Positions 29,183 through 40,199 of a DNA stretch of 64,000 nt are shown here, one piece after another. The notes under the pieces were generated by a model. The model searched no databases and was not told the DNA's origin. It saw only the letters and a program-made list of their open reading frames with translations. The translations under genes and the position numbers were made by a program. Numbering within the stretch: position 1 is the stretch's first letter; each line of letters starts with the position of its first letter. Origin of the DNA: an uncultured Lachnoclostridium sp. (GTDB lineage: Bacteria; Bacillota; Clostridia; Lachnospirales; Lachnospiraceae). The stretch lies in contig CAMWXG010000001.1 in assembly GCA_947178155.1 (NCBI GenBank), forward strand, positions 1,248 to 65,247, read 5' to 3'.

Positions 29183-30988
29183 TTAAATTGCATTATAATC
29201 AATTATTTCTTTATTTTGTGCTTCCTGAACCCTATACACACGTGCAAATTTTCCATTTGCAGACATAAGCTCGTCAAATGTGCCACGTTCTAATATCATT
29301 CCATCCTGCATGTACAATATTTCATCACATGACACTACAGAGGAAAGTCTGTGTGCTGATATAAGAATTGTTTTGTCTGGATAGTTTTTTTGGATGTCAG
29401 CAAGTAGTTTTCTTTCGGTACGCACATCAAGTGCACTGGTTGAGTCATCAAGAACCAGTATTGGGGCATCTTTAAGGAGAGCCCTTGCTATTGATATTCT
29501 CTGTTTCTGACCGCCTGATATACCAAGACCACGTTCACCGACTATGGTATCATAGCTGTCAGGAAGACCTTTTATAAAACCATGAGCCTGAGCATGTTTT
29601 GCGGCAGAAATTATTTGGTCACGCTCAATATCTGGTTCACTGTATGCGATATTTGAATCGATTGTATTTGAGAAAAGAAATACATCTTGAAAAACATATG
29701 CGAATCTTTCTCTCAAGGCACTTAACTCATATTCACTTATATCTCTTCCATTAAGCTTAATTGAGCCGCCTGTAATATCATATATCCTTACAAGTGATTC
29801 AAGAAGCACGCTTTTGCCGCTTCCTGTTCCGCCGACGATACCTACTTTTTTACCGGAAGGTATTTCAAGACTGATATTTTTTAATATTGCAGCATCATCT
29901 ATTTCAAGTGAAATATTTTGTATTGATATGTCAGTTCTGTTATCATCTGCAATAGGTTTTGTACCATTCTCAATTTTTGAGGGTTTATACATAAAATCAC
30001 GCATTTTTTGACCTGATATTAACTGCTGCTGCATCTGGAACAGTGAGTTATTAATTTGTGAGATATGGTCCATAATTTTAAGTACATAGCTTGTGCATGT
30101 TACAAGAAATCCTACCATAATATCACCATGTATTACAAGAACTGCACTGACGGCAATGCTACCTATATATGCTGTCTGCTTTATTGCGCTGAAGACAACT
30201 TCAAATTTAGAAGAAAGTTTAATTTGGTTTATATAAGAATTTTTTAATTCTTCATTGGAAATGTCAAATTTTTCTTCTTCTATTTTTTCATTTGTAAATG
30301 AGCGAACAAGCCTTACAGCCTCAATATTTTCTTGTACGGTAAGATTCATTTTAGAGTTGCAGCCTCTTATTGCCTGATAGTTTTTTCTTGCAAGTTTTCT
30401 AAAGCGCATAAGTGCCGTTGCAAATCCAGGTGCAAGAAGAATTGGTATAATCAGCAGGAGAGGGCTTATCTGTGCAAGCAATGTTATGCTTATAATCATT
30501 ACGGCGATGCTGTCAATTATATTTGGTATAATTCTGCAAAACATTTCCTTAAACATTATTGTATCAGAATTAATTGTGGTAAGTAGTTCGCCTGTGTTGT
30601 AATCTGATATAGTCATGCTGTCAAGGTCTATAAGTTTTTGAAATGTTGCCATACGCAAATCTGTTTCAAGTCCAAGTCCAAGTTTTTGATTGTTTACATT
30701 TTTTATGTATATAAGTATAAGTCTTATGGAAAGAAGTATTAAAAGGAGGCCTGACAGTGAAAAGAACAGTTCTATTGTATGTACTTTTCCATATTTTCCG
30801 CTTAACATAAATGAAAATATATTGGAATTGTCAGGCTCATTACTTCTTATTATATAGTCTATAAACATTTCTGAAATCATTGGTATAAGTAAATCACAAA
30901 TAATTGCTATAAAGCTTATAAGCTGTATAATTATGGCAGCAGGAAGATATTTCTTCCAGTAACTTAAACCAAATTTTAAAACTTCCAT
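29183..30988 (-). CDS. ABC exporter, fused permease/ATPase
   Basis: GGTGSGKS, ISGGQKQR, VLDD; RBS AAGGAGG. Confidence 0.93.
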   Translation of the reverse strand: MEVLKFGLSYWKKYLPAAIIIQLISFIAIICDLLIPMISEMFIDYIIRSNEPDNSNIFSFMLSGKYGKVHTIELFFSLSGLLLILLSIRLILIYIKNVNNQKLGLGLETDLRMATFQKLIDLDSMTISDYNTGELLTTINSDTIMFKEMFCRIIPNIIDSIAVMIISITLLAQISPLLLIIPILLAPGFATALMRFRKLARKNYQAIRGCNSKMNLTVQENIEAVRLVRSFTNEKIEEEKFDISNEELKNSYINQIKLSSKFEVVFSAIKQTAYIGSIAVSAVLVIHGDIMVGFLVTCTSYVLKIMDHISQINNSLFQMQQQLISGQKMRDFMYKPSKIENGTKPIADDNRTDISIQNISLEIDDAAILKNISLEIPSGKKVGIVGGTGSGKSVLLESLVRIYDITGGSIKLNGRDISEYELSALRERFAYVFQDVFLFSNTIDSNIAYSEPDIERDQIISAAKHAQAHGFIKGLPDSYDTIVGERGLGISGGQKQRISIARALLKDAPILVLDDSTSALDVRTERKLLADIQKNYPDKTILISAHRLSSVVSCDEILYMQDGMILERGTFDELMSANGKFARVYRVQEAQNKEIIDYNAI

Positions 30989-31095
30989 TACAAACATTTC
31001 CTCCTTCAATTAAGCTAATTGCTTATGGTGAAAAAATTTTTATCTTCAAATAATGTAAAATGGTGTTGATAAATACTGTTTTGTAAATTCTTAAT

Positions 31096-31126
31096 ATTAT
31101 AAATCTTCAAGTATACTTTAAGTCAA
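31096..31126 (-). promoter_or_regulatory. MerR-family-type promoter/operator
   Basis: Minus strand TTGACT, 19 bp spacer, TATAAT, with the dyad cttaaagta|tacttgaag in the spacer. Confidence 0.8.
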
Positions 31127-31155
31127 GACTAATTTTATTTTTAATTGAATAAGTA

Positions 31156-31205
31156 GTTACTATTCACAGCTACGCCGCTCATAGTAACGAGCAGTAAGCA
31201 GTAAC
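31156..31205 (-). repeat. GTTAC...GTAAC intergenic repeat, copy E (inverted right arm)
   Basis: gttactattcacagctacgccgctcatagtaacgagcag is the reverse complement of 3818-3856 with 2 mismatches. Confidence 0.85.
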
Positions 31206-31242
31206 AAGAGTTATGTTGCTCCAAAAATATTTAATAAATTAG

Positions 31243-32754
31243 TCAGTTATTAATATATTTATCTAAGCTTTGGCAAACATCTACGATATTATTAAGCTGT
31301 GATTTGGCTTCTTCTGAGTCTGCGAGGTTTTGTGTGCTCAAATCGGCAGCCTGAGATGAAGATGCAGTTACTTCTTGTGTAGTTGCGGAAAGATTCATAA
31401 TATTTTCTACAATCTGGTTATTTGATGCAGACAAACTGTTAAGCATTTTATCAATTTCATTTATATCAGATATGAGATGAGATACATTTGAATTCATGTT
31501 CTCAAAACTTTCAGAGGCATTGTTAATCATCTCATCTTGTGCATCTGTTGCATTTATTGACTGCTTAACTGTAGATGCAGCATGCTTAGCATTATCTGAC
31601 AGTTCATTAAGTATTGATGATATATTGTCAGTTTCTTTTCTGGTCTGTTCCGCAAGCTGACGTATTTCATCAGCAACAACGGCAAATCCTCTTCCTGCTT
31701 CACCTGCTCTTGCACTTTCAATAGAGGCGTTGAGCGCGAGAAGATTGGTCTGGCTTGAGATTGAGAGAATTGTATCTGCTATGCTCTTAACTGCATTAGT
31801 GCGTTCCTGAAGAGCTTTCATTGAAGAAGCGACATCGTTATTAGTTTCTGCAATAAGCTCTGACTGTTTTTTTAGGCTGTTCATAATTTTTAAATTTTCA
31901 GAATTAAGCTTATTTGATTCTTTGGCAACCTGAACCATACTTTCAGAGCGTTTAAGGGTTTCATCAATGGAATCCTGAATCTGTTGAGTCATTTCTGTCT
32001 GTGTCTGTATATTTTCAGCTGTACTTAATGTACTCTCTGATATATCATTCATTGCACCGTTTACTACTTCTGTAGATTCATTTAAATTATTTATAATTTC
32101 CATAGCATTTGAAGTGCCATTTTTCACCTCGGATGCCACATGTATAACATCTTTAATAATTTGAGCCTGTAGTTCCTGCTTTTCTTTAAGGCTTTCTGTA
32201 GAATCATCCTGGAATATATTAAGTATGTTGGTAAGGTAACATATAAGTACCATAAACAAAATTATTGAAAGTGTTGCACCTATCTGATCTAATGCAGCAC
32301 TTCCTGTGTATGACTTTTCTACAGAGATTTTTAAAAAATTAGTTAAAATATTTACAATACATACACAAGATGCAGATATGGTGGTAAATTTTTTGTCATA
32401 GAAAAGTAAGCATCCTGCAAAAGGAATTGCTGCCATAAATCTTACATAATAATTTACATAAGCTACTGCTAAGAAAAAGGTGATTAGTATAAGTCCTATA
32501 AGTGCATAATAGCGAAGGACAGTGCTGAAATTATTTCTAAAATATATAATAGAGTTAATGGCAGCAGTAATTAGTACTAAAATTATCATAAAGGTTGTAA
32601 AACCGGCACTTCTGGCTCCTGAAAAATATGATACAATTACAAAAACTGCCATAATAATATAATAAATTAAAAATCCCATTGTAAAAACTCTGTTTGAACG
32701 TTTTAAACGTTCATTTTCATCAGCATAACGATAGTTATTGTTTGTTGTGCCCAT
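31243..32754 (-). CDS. Methyl-accepting chemotaxis protein with multi-TM N-terminus
   Basis: [34 protein letters not shown]. Confidence 0.93.
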   Translation of the reverse strand: MGTTNNNYRYADENERLKRSNRVFTMGFLIYYIIMAVFVIVSYFSGARSAGFTTFMIILVLITAAINSIIYFRNNFSTVLRYYALIGLILITFFLAVAYVNYYVRFMAAIPFAGCLLFYDKKFTTISASCVCIVNILTNFLKISVEKSYTGSAALDQIGATLSIILFMVLICYLTNILNIFQDDSTESLKEKQELQAQIIKDVIHVASEVKNGTSNAMEIINNLNESTEVVNGAMNDISESTLSTAENIQTQTEMTQQIQDSIDETLKRSESMVQVAKESNKLNSENLKIMNSLKKQSELIAETNNDVASSMKALQERTNAVKSIADTILSISSQTNLLALNASIESARAGEAGRGFAVVADEIRQLAEQTRKETDNISSILNELSDNAKHAASTVKQSINATDAQDEMINNASESFENMNSNVSHLISDINEIDKMLNSLSASNNQIVENIMNLSATTQEVTASSSQAADLSTQNLADSEEAKSQLNNIVDVCQSLDKYINN

Positions 32755-32994
32755 ATGTATCTCTCCTTTCAAAATATGCTTGTGGTTAAAATTCATTGTC
32801 ATAATTATTTTATCATAAATATTATTCTATATCAAATGTTTAAACTTCTTAACATTTATATCCATACATTAATATGTGTTTATGGCAGATAATATAATTA
32901 AAGGCTGCAATATAAGGCTGATACAGCGTTGTATTACAACCTTTACTTTTAAGAACCCTTTAACAATAGTATACCAAATGAGGAGGATAAAAGT

Positions 32995-33459
32995 ATGGGG
33001 GAAAAAGACTGTTTAGCTTCTTCACAGACACTTGCAATGGCATCTGTACCAATGCAGGAATGGACTGAACCATGTGACTGGGAAACTGCACTTAAAGAGG
33101 GAACTATTTTTGAAAGTCTTAATCTGCCAATTTATTTTGCGGATATAGGCAGCAGCAATTTAAAGACAGGTGGTTCAGCTCTTAATCCTGAGCAGGACGA
33201 GCGCGAGAAGCTTATGAGTAAAATTTCCTGTGTAAGCTTTGCAATTAATGATTTGACATTGTATCTGGATACACATCCAGACTGTCCTAAGGGTACGCCG
33301 CTTTTTTATAAGCTGTCTAAAGAACGTATGGATTTACTTGCAGAATATGCTAAAAAGTTTAATCCTTTGACACAGCTTTCTATGGTAACTGCTGATTTAA
33401 ATGATAATTGTTATGGCTGGGCAGAGGGCCCGATGCCATGGGAAGGAGGCTGTATATAA
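32995..33459 (+). CDS. cotJB: Spore coat protein, CotJA-CotJB fusion
   Basis: LAMASVPMQEW...ALKEGTIFESLNLP (CotJA) plus SFAINDLTLYLDTHP...WAEGPMPWE (CotJB). Confidence 0.85.
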   Translation: MGEKDCLASSQTLAMASVPMQEWTEPCDWETALKEGTIFESLNLPIYFADIGSSNLKTGGSALNPEQDEREKLMSKISCVSFAINDLTLYLDTHPDCPKGTPLFYKLSKERMDLLAEYAKKFNPLTQLSMVTADLNDNCYGWAEGPMPWEGGCI

Positions 33460-34082
33460 TGTGGGCTTATGAAAAACGATTGCAATATCCAGTAAAGATT
33501 AAAAAGACATGTCCTAAAACAGCACAGCTTATTATTAGCCAGTATGGAGGACCGGACGGAGAACTTAGTGCTTCAATGAGATATCTTGCACAGCGCTATA
33601 CCATGCCTGTAAAAAAGGTAGGAGGGTTGCTTACGGATATTGGTACTGAGGAAATAAACCATATGGAGATAATTTGTGCAATAGTTTATCAGCTTACAAG
33701 GGATCTTACTCCAGAACAGGCAAAGACTGCAGGCTTTGACGCTTACTATATAGACCATACTAAAGCATTGTGGCCTCAGGCAGCAGCAGGTGTACCATTT
33801 ACTGCTTTGGAGTTTCAGTCAAAAGGGGATCCTTATGCTGATTTATTTGAGGACCTGGCAGCAGAGCAGAAAGCACGTACTGTGTATGACAATCTGCTGC
33901 GTGTTATAGAAGATCCGGATGTAAGGGCGCCGTTAAAATTCCTGCGTGCACGTGAAATTGTTCATTTCCAGCGTTTTGGTGAGGCTCTTGAAATGACTAA
34001 ACAGAATTTTGACAGTAAAAATTTTTATTTCTTTAATGCGGAATTTGATAAACAGTTTTATAAACCGGAAGACCATTGCTAA
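33459..34082 (+). CDS. cotJC: Spore coat Mn-catalase-family protein CotJC
   Basis: MWAYEKRLQYPV, QYGGPDGEL, TDIGTEE, REIVHFQRF; TAATG coupling to the upstream gene. Confidence 0.93.
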   Translation: MWAYEKRLQYPVKIKKTCPKTAQLIISQYGGPDGELSASMRYLAQRYTMPVKKVGGLLTDIGTEEINHMEIICAIVYQLTRDLTPEQAKTAGFDAYYIDHTKALWPQAAAGVPFTALEFQSKGDPYADLFEDLAAEQKARTVYDNLLRVIEDPDVRAPLKFLRAREIVHFQRFGEALEMTKQNFDSKNFYFFNAEFDKQFYKPEDHC

Positions 34083-34160
34083 TAGAATAATATCCCGGAT
34101 TTTTACAGGTGTGTAAGTTTCATATGAGAAACTCTTTGGTCTTAAATATTGTTAAAATGA

Positions 34161-34200
34161 TAAACGGCAGAATAGTCTGTATGATTGTTCTGCCGTTTTA
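34161..34200 (+). terminator. Terminator after cotJC
   Basis: aaacggcagaatagtc...gattgttctgccgttt. Confidence 0.7.
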
Positions 34201-34339
34201 CCTGTTTATAATTGCAACATGGTGCAAAAGTAATCAAATTTTTACTTTAATTGATTTTAAATACATGTTATACTGTTATTATTATGTTGCTGTTTACTTC
34301 ATTATGGCAACATTATTACAATGCAAAGGGGAGATATAA

Positions 34340-35260
34340 ATGAGATTAATTACACGTTCTGATTTTGATGGGCTTGCATGCGGAGCGCTGCTAAAGGAAG
34401 CAGGTATTATTGACAGTTGGAAGTTTGCACATCCGAAAGACTTGCAGGATGGGCTTGTAGAGGTTACAGAAAATGACTGTCTTGCTAATGTTCCTTTTGT
34501 AGAGGGGTGCGGCCTTTGGTTTGACCACCATTCAAGTGAGCATGAAAGGCTTGAGCTTAAAGGAAAATATAAAGGAGAGAGCCGTATTACGCCATCCTGT
34601 GCTCGTATTATATATGAGTATTATGGTGGCCGAGAGAAGTTTCCTCAGTTTGATGATATGATGATTGCGGTAGATAAGGTGGATTCAGGAAATCTTACTA
34701 TAGATGAGGTTCAGAATCCAGAAGGCTGGATTTTAGTTGGATTTCTTATGGATCCTCGTACAGGACTTGGACGCTGGCGCAATTTTACTATTTCTAATTA
34801 TCAGCTTATGGAGAAACTTATTGATGCATGCCGCACAATGACTACAGAGGAGATACTTGAACTTTCTGATGTGAAAGAAAGGATAGAGGTATATTTTGAG
34901 CAGACTGAGAAGTTTAAAGAAATGGTGACTGAACATACAAAAGTAGACGGCAAGCTTATTATATCAGATTTAAGAGGTGTTGATCCTATTTATTCAGGCA
35001 ACCGTTTTATGATTTACAGTATGTATCCTGAGCAGAATATTTCAGCATGGATAGTGAGCGGCCGCGGTGGAAAGGGCTGCAGTGCTGCAGTTGGATATAG
35101 CATACTTAATAAGACTGCAACATTAGATGTGGGAAGCCTTATGCTTAAGTATCATGGCGGCGGACATAAAAAAGTAGGTACATGCCAGTTTAGTGATGAA
35201 AATATGGATACTGAACTTCCAAAGATGCTTAAAGAGCTTACTGATATGGCAAATGCTTAG
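34340..35260 (+). CDS. DHH-family phosphoesterase (exopolyphosphatase/nanoRNase-like)
   Basis: RSDFDG, FDHH, GGGH motifs. Confidence 0.88.
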   Translation: MRLITRSDFDGLACGALLKEAGIIDSWKFAHPKDLQDGLVEVTENDCLANVPFVEGCGLWFDHHSSEHERLELKGKYKGESRITPSCARIIYEYYGGREKFPQFDDMMIAVDKVDSGNLTIDEVQNPEGWILVGFLMDPRTGLGRWRNFTISNYQLMEKLIDACRTMTTEEILELSDVKERIEVYFEQTEKFKEMVTEHTKVDGKLIISDLRGVDPIYSGNRFMIYSMYPEQNISAWIVSGRGGKGCSAAVGYSILNKTATLDVGSLMLKYHGGGHKKVGTCQFSDENMDTELPKMLKELTDMANA

Positions 35261-35284
35261 AAATATGCAAAAGGAGAAGGATTT

Positions 35285-35587
35285 ATGGCAGATAAGGACA
35301 GTGAATATGGTTTTGAGGAGACTATTGTTACACTGATAGATGAGAACGGCGAAGAAAGGGATTTTTATATTGATGAGATTTATACAGTAAATGATAAACT
35401 GTATGCTGCTGCTATTCTTGGTGATGATGAGGATGTTACCGAATATTATGTTTTCAGGCTTAAAGATCTTGGCAATGATGATTTTGAAATGGAAGATATA
35501 GATGATGAAGATGAGTACAATGCAGCAGCAGATGCGTATGAGGAAAAACTTGACGAACGTGCATGGAATATGATTGTAGATTCTTGA
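35285..35587 (+). CDS. DUF1292-like acidic protein
   Basis: VTLIDENGEE...F...Y...IDDEDEY pattern. Confidence 0.8.
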   Translation: MADKDSEYGFEETIVTLIDENGEERDFYIDEIYTVNDKLYAAAILGDDEDVTEYYVFRLKDLGNDDFEMEDIDDEDEYNAAADAYEEKLDERAWNMIVDS

Positions 35588-35590
35588 CAA

Positions 35591-35634
35591 AGCAGGAAGC
35601 TGTCCGATTTTAATAACAGCTTCCTGTTATTTTT
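35591..35634. terminator. Bidirectional terminator
   Basis: agcaggaagctgt...acagcttcctgtt between convergent genes. Confidence 0.7.
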
Positions 35635-35689
35635 GATAATTTATAGTTCCATTTGGTATGATTTTGGGAAAATTGTGCCACTAAAATAA

Positions 35690-36253
35690 TTAGTTGCTAT
35701 AATTATCATTATAAATAATTTTTGTCTTTATTTCATCTGCTTTATCTGCTCCTGCAAGTGCTGTTATAATTGCTCCTGCAAATTCAATACATGTCCCCAT
35801 GCCGCGGCTTGTTATAACATTGCTGTCTGTGACAACAGGCTGTTTGATATATTCAGCACCTGTGAGTTTATCTTCATAGCCCGGATAGCAGGTTGCCTTT
35901 TTTCCTTTTAAGATACCAAGTTCACCTAATATACTTGGGGCAGCACATACAGCAGCTACATATTTACCTTTGTTATTAAATTCAACAAGTTTATCAGTAA
36001 GCGGCTTGAATGCAAGAAGATTTGGCGTACCTGGTACTCCGCCGGGAAGTATCAGCATGTCAGCTGTTTCAAAGTCAGCATCTTCAAATAGCATATCAGC
36101 TTCAATAGTTACATTATGTGAGCTTGTAACAAACATGCTGCTGGTAATTGATACCATGTCAATAGATATACCTGCACGGCGCAGCATATCTACTACAGTG
36201 AGCATTTCTACTTCCTCATAACCTTCTGCAAGAAAAATAAATGTTTTATTCAT
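35690..36253 (-). CDS. DJ-1/ThiJ/YajL-family protein
   Basis: GYEEVE, LPGG, AVCAAP, ATCYPG, TSRG. Confidence 0.9.
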   Translation of the reverse strand: MNKTFIFLAEGYEEVEMLTVVDMLRRAGISIDMVSITSSMFVTSSHNVTIEADMLFEDADFETADMLILPGGVPGTPNLLAFKPLTDKLVEFNNKGKYVAAVCAAPSILGELGILKGKKATCYPGYEDKLTGAEYIKQPVVTDSNVITSRGMGTCIEFAGAIITALAGADKADEIKTKIIYNDNYSN

Positions 36254-36275
36254 AGAATATTCCTCCATTCTGCCC

Positions 36276-36932
36276 TCATTTTTGTCTGACGGCTGTTAAT
36301 TTTAATATTGGTGTTCCGATACTATAGAATTTCTTTTCATATTCTGTCATTACATTATCAGCGGCAGGACCATCTTTGTGAAGATTGTAATTAATGTCTT
36401 TTAAAATCCAGCCGGCACGAGGTATTTCATTTACTGAAAAGTCAAAAAGCCCACGGTTATCTGTTTTAAATTGAATATATCCATCACTGTCAAGTATTTT
36501 ATCATAACGGGACAAAAACTGATGTGAAGTAAGACGCCTTTTAGCATGTCTATCTTTAGGCCAGGGATCAGAAAAATTAAGATATATAAGGCTTACTTCG
36601 CCATCAGCAAAAAAGTCTGTTATATTTTCTGCATCAAGCCTCATAAAGATAAGGTTGTCAGTTTCAAGCATTTCTCTTTTGTCAAATGCACGAACAAGCA
36701 CGCTTGAATATTTTTCAATGCCTATATAGTTGATATCAGGATTCTGCATGGCAAGTGTTGTTATAAACAGTCCTTTTCCCATACCGATTTCAATGTGTAT
36801 GGGATTGTTGTTGTGAAATACACTTTTGTTCCATTTGCCTTTGTAATCTGAACTGCATACATTGTCAGCTTGAATTGTATATGGATTTTCTTCTATTTTA
36901 TCTTGTGAGCCTTTTACATTTCTAAGTCTCAT
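36276..36932 (-). CDS. trmB: tRNA (guanine-N7)-methyltransferase
   Basis: EIGMGKG, NFSDPWPKDRHAKRRLT, KTDN, TEYE. Confidence 0.95.
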   Translation of the reverse strand: MRLRNVKGSQDKIEENPYTIQADNVCSSDYKGKWNKSVFHNNNPIHIEIGMGKGLFITTLAMQNPDINYIGIEKYSSVLVRAFDKREMLETDNLIFMRLDAENITDFFADGEVSLIYLNFSDPWPKDRHAKRRLTSHQFLSRYDKILDSDGYIQFKTDNRGLFDFSVNEIPRAGWILKDINYNLHKDGPAADNVMTEYEKKFYSIGTPILKLTAVRQK

Positions 36933-37236
36933 TGTGTTACCTCATTTCTGTTAAAATAGCAATACCGATATCTTATCATATTATTATGTTGTGGTCAAAA
37001 GGTATTTTATAAATACTAATAGGATAAAATTTTGTAGAAAATAACCGAAAAAAGTTTTACTTATGTGCAATATTATGTTAATATAATGCTGTTAGTGATT
37101 AATTTGTGTGGGGGCTTCTTGTTTGTTTTTGACATACATCTTTATTTGTGCATGTAAGAGCAAAGAACACGGCAGCTCTTATAAATAGAAATTAAAAAAC
37201 TAACAACAAAGTCAATTTATTGAGGAGGAATAAAAT

Positions 37237-38712
37237 ATGCAGACACAATCAATAAAAGATAGCGAAAAGCTTATAAATAATATTTTATTTATTTATATCT
37301 TAGGTGTAGCGATATCTGGTTTTAGTTTTGTTATGCTGTTTTTAAATGGCGGCATCAGGGAATGTATTTTTCTTTTATCCGGGCTGGCTGCCATTGTAAC
37401 CAAGTTACTTGAAAAACAGTTAGGAGAAAATGCAAAGTATGTATATGCATGTATTCCACCAATTATTGGTGCTATTACTGCTGCAGTATGCAATACAGAT
37501 ACCAGTGCCAGTTATGTTTGCCTGACACATTATTATTTTGTGGCAACATTGCTTCTGGTTCCATATTATTCTCAAAAGTTACTGAAGGTAAGTACTGTTG
37601 TAACTGTCATATCTAATGCAGTACTTATGATTTTGTTTCCAAAAGGTTTCCTTAAACTTCATAGTATTATTGCATGGGTATTTATAGTAATTGTATATAT
37701 TGTGCTTTTTGCCGCATGCAGTTTTATTGCATATCGTACTACAACTCTTTTTGGAGTGGTAGAAGAACAGGGACAGGTGTCGGAGAATGTTTTACATAAT
37801 GTACAAGAGGCATTTGACAGCCTAGAAGAATCTTCTGAAACAATATATAATTCGTTACAGGAATTTGAAGGCAATACAGAAGAAATTGCTGCTTCAACAC
37901 AACAGATTACCGAAAGTGCAGACTCGCAAATCAATGAAGTGGAAAGCAGCCTGACTATTTTTAATGAGTTAAATGAGAAGATTGAAAAATCAGAGGAAAG
38001 GGTAAACCAGACTGTAGAAACTATAAAAAATCTCAGAGCTAAAAATGATGAGGGATTTTCAGTAATTCGTGCATTGTCAGAGAAATTTGAAGAAAATATT
38101 AAAACAACACAGATAGCAGCAGATGGTGTTGAGGAGCTGTCTAATAAATCAAGTTCAATTGGTGGTATAATTGAAAGTATTCGTGAAATTGCACAGCAGA
38201 CTAATCTTCTTGCATTAAATGCAGCTATAGAGGCTGCAAGGGCAGGTGAGGCTGGAAAGGGTTTTGCAGTGGTGGCAGATGAGATTAATGCTTTGTCAAC
38301 AGAATCTTCAAATGCAACTGGAAAAATAGATGCAATTTTGAAAGATATTATTGAAACGGTGGCATCTACTCACAAGGTCATGGAACGCAATAATGAGGTA
38401 GTAAACGTTTCCAGTGGAAGACTTGATGATACGGTTAAGATTTTTAAGGTTATGCTGCAATCTTCAGAGGAAGTTATTGATATTACAGAGTTGTTAAGAT
38501 CGGAGCTTGAGGATATTGTTGATATAAAGGAGCAACTGTTAGGTGTTATGAAACGTGTTGAAGATGGTTCTAAAAATTTTGTAGCTACTACAGAAGGAAT
38601 AAGTGCATCTACAGAGGAACAGGTTGCCGGTCTTAATAATATTGTAAAGTCTATGAAGAATATGCAGCAGGGAATGGAAAAACTTTCTAATATACTACAT
38701 AACGAGAAATAA
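37237..38712 (+). CDS. Methyl-accepting chemotaxis protein with multi-TM N-terminus
   Basis: [30 protein letters not shown]. Confidence 0.93.
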   Translation: MQTQSIKDSEKLINNILFIYILGVAISGFSFVMLFLNGGIRECIFLLSGLAAIVTKLLEKQLGENAKYVYACIPPIIGAITAAVCNTDTSASYVCLTHYYFVATLLLVPYYSQKLLKVSTVVTVISNAVLMILFPKGFLKLHSIIAWVFIVIVYIVLFAACSFIAYRTTTLFGVVEEQGQVSENVLHNVQEAFDSLEESSETIYNSLQEFEGNTEEIAASTQQITESADSQINEVESSLTIFNELNEKIEKSEERVNQTVETIKNLRAKNDEGFSVIRALSEKFEENIKTTQIAADGVEELSNKSSSIGGIIESIREIAQQTNLLALNAAIEAARAGEAGKGFAVVADEINALSTESSNATGKIDAILKDIIETVASTHKVMERNNEVVNVSSGRLDDTVKIFKVMLQSSEEVIDITELLRSELEDIVDIKEQLLGVMKRVEDGSKNFVATTEGISASTEEQVAGLNNIVKSMKNMQQGMEKLSNILHNEK

Positions 38713-38715
38713 AAT

Positions 38716-38796
38716 GTTACTTTTCACACTCGCGTCAAATGTGTGCGTTCAGTGCTGAAAGCACTGCTTGTTACTGGCAACGAAGTGAACAGTAAC
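38716..38796 (+). repeat. GTTAC...GTAAC intergenic repeat, copy D (short, both ends present)
   Basis: gttacttttcac...cagtgctgaaagcactg-cttgttact...gtgaacagtaac. Confidence 0.85.
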
Positions 38797-38928
38797 AATA
38801 AAGTTAATGTATTAAATTAAGGTTGTTACAAGGTCTTTTATTCTGGAAATTTTATGATATAATATAAAAGTCTAATGTTTTTAAAAATTAATATATTGGG
38901 TAGAATAATGAACAGAAAGGAATTTAAT

Positions 38929-40173
38929 ATGAGTCAAATAAGGGATATTGAACTTGCACCATCAGGTGCGCATAAGATTGAATGGGTAAGAAGAAATTGT
39001 CCACTGCTTCGCAGTCTTTATGAGGACTTTTCTAATACTAAACCATTTGAAGGAAAAAAAATAGCACTTTCAATTCATCTTGAGGCTAAGACAGCATATC
39101 TTTGTAAGGTGCTTGCAGCAGGTGGTGCTGAAATGTTTATTACAGGAAGCAATCCGCTTTCTACACAGGATGATGTTGCAGCTGCTCTTGTTGCGGATGG
39201 TCTCAATGTATATGCGTGGCATGGTGCGACAGATGAAGAGTATAATGCACATATTTCAGAAGTACTGTCACATCAGGCAAATATTATTATTGATGATGGC
39301 GGAGATTTAGTTCATATGCTTCATACAACAAAGAAAGACCAGTTACAGTATGTAATCGGGGGATGTGAGGAAACTACAACAGGCATTATACGTCTTAAGG
39401 CTATGGACAAGAATAATCAGCTTGAGTTCCCAATGGTTCTGGTTAATAATGCAGATTGTAAACATCTTTTTGATAACAGATATGGTACAGGCCAGTCAGT
39501 GTGGGATGGTATAAACAGAACTACTAATCTTATAGTGGCTGGAAAGATTGCGGTAGTGGCTGGTTATGGCTGGTGTGGCAAGGGTGTGGCTATGAGGGCA
39601 AAGGCTCTTGGAGCGCGCGTAATTGTTACAGAGATTGATCCTGTTAAAGCTATTGAAGCAGTTATGGATGGTTTTGAGGTTATGCCTATGAAAGAAGCTG
39701 CTCGTTATGGAGATTTCTTTATTACAGTTACAGGATGTGCAGGTGTAATTGATGAAGAAGATTTCATGGAGATGAAAGAAGGAGCAATCCTTTGTAATGC
39801 AGGTCACTTTGATGTAGAAATAGATATGAAGAGACTTCGTGAAATAGCAGTAAGCAAGGAAGAAATGCGTAATAATATTATAGGGTATAAGCTTCCAAAT
39901 GGAACTAATATCTATGTTCTTGCAGAAGGACGTCTTGTTAATCTTGCGGCTGGTGATGGACATCCGGCAGAGATTATGGATATGAGTTTTGCTATTCAGG
40001 CACTTAGTGCAAAATATCTTGTAGAGCATGAGAGTGAACTTAAAGAAAAAATTATTGATGTTCCTAGAGAGGTAGACATGGAAGTTGCACGTCGTAAGCT
40101 TAAATTCCTTGGAAAAGAGATTGATGAACTTACAACATATCAGACAGAATATCTTAATAGTTCATCATTGTAG
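38929..40173 (+). CDS. ahcY: Adenosylhomocysteinase
   Basis: SNPLSTQD, DDGGD, EETTTG, FDNRYGTG, GYGWCGKG, GRLVNL, GHP. Confidence 0.96.
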   Translation: MSQIRDIELAPSGAHKIEWVRRNCPLLRSLYEDFSNTKPFEGKKIALSIHLEAKTAYLCKVLAAGGAEMFITGSNPLSTQDDVAAALVADGLNVYAWHGATDEEYNAHISEVLSHQANIIIDDGGDLVHMLHTTKKDQLQYVIGGCEETTTGIIRLKAMDKNNQLEFPMVLVNNADCKHLFDNRYGTGQSVWDGINRTTNLIVAGKIAVVAGYGWCGKGVAMRAKALGARVIVTEIDPVKAIEAVMDGFEVMPMKEAARYGDFFITVTGCAGVIDEEDFMEMKEGAILCNAGHFDVEIDMKRLREIAVSKEEMRNNIIGYKLPNGTNIYVLAEGRLVNLAAGDGHPAEIMDMSFAIQALSAKYLVEHESELKEKIIDVPREVDMEVARRKLKFLGKEIDELTTYQTEYLNSSSL

Positions 40174-40199
40174 AAAATTAAAGGCGGCAGGAGGCTGTT

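Noticed and set aside
32840-32870. Sigma-E promoter for cotJ
   Set aside because: CATACATT fits the -10, but no convincing -35 is present; too weak to call.
37090-37200. c-di-GMP riboswitch before the MCP gene
   Set aside because: Only a loose hairpin; the GEMM consensus (GGCAAA...GNRA tetraloop and receptor) is not evident.
38797-38928. SAH/SAM riboswitch before ahcY
   Set aside because: The leader is short and AT-rich with no aptamer consensus.
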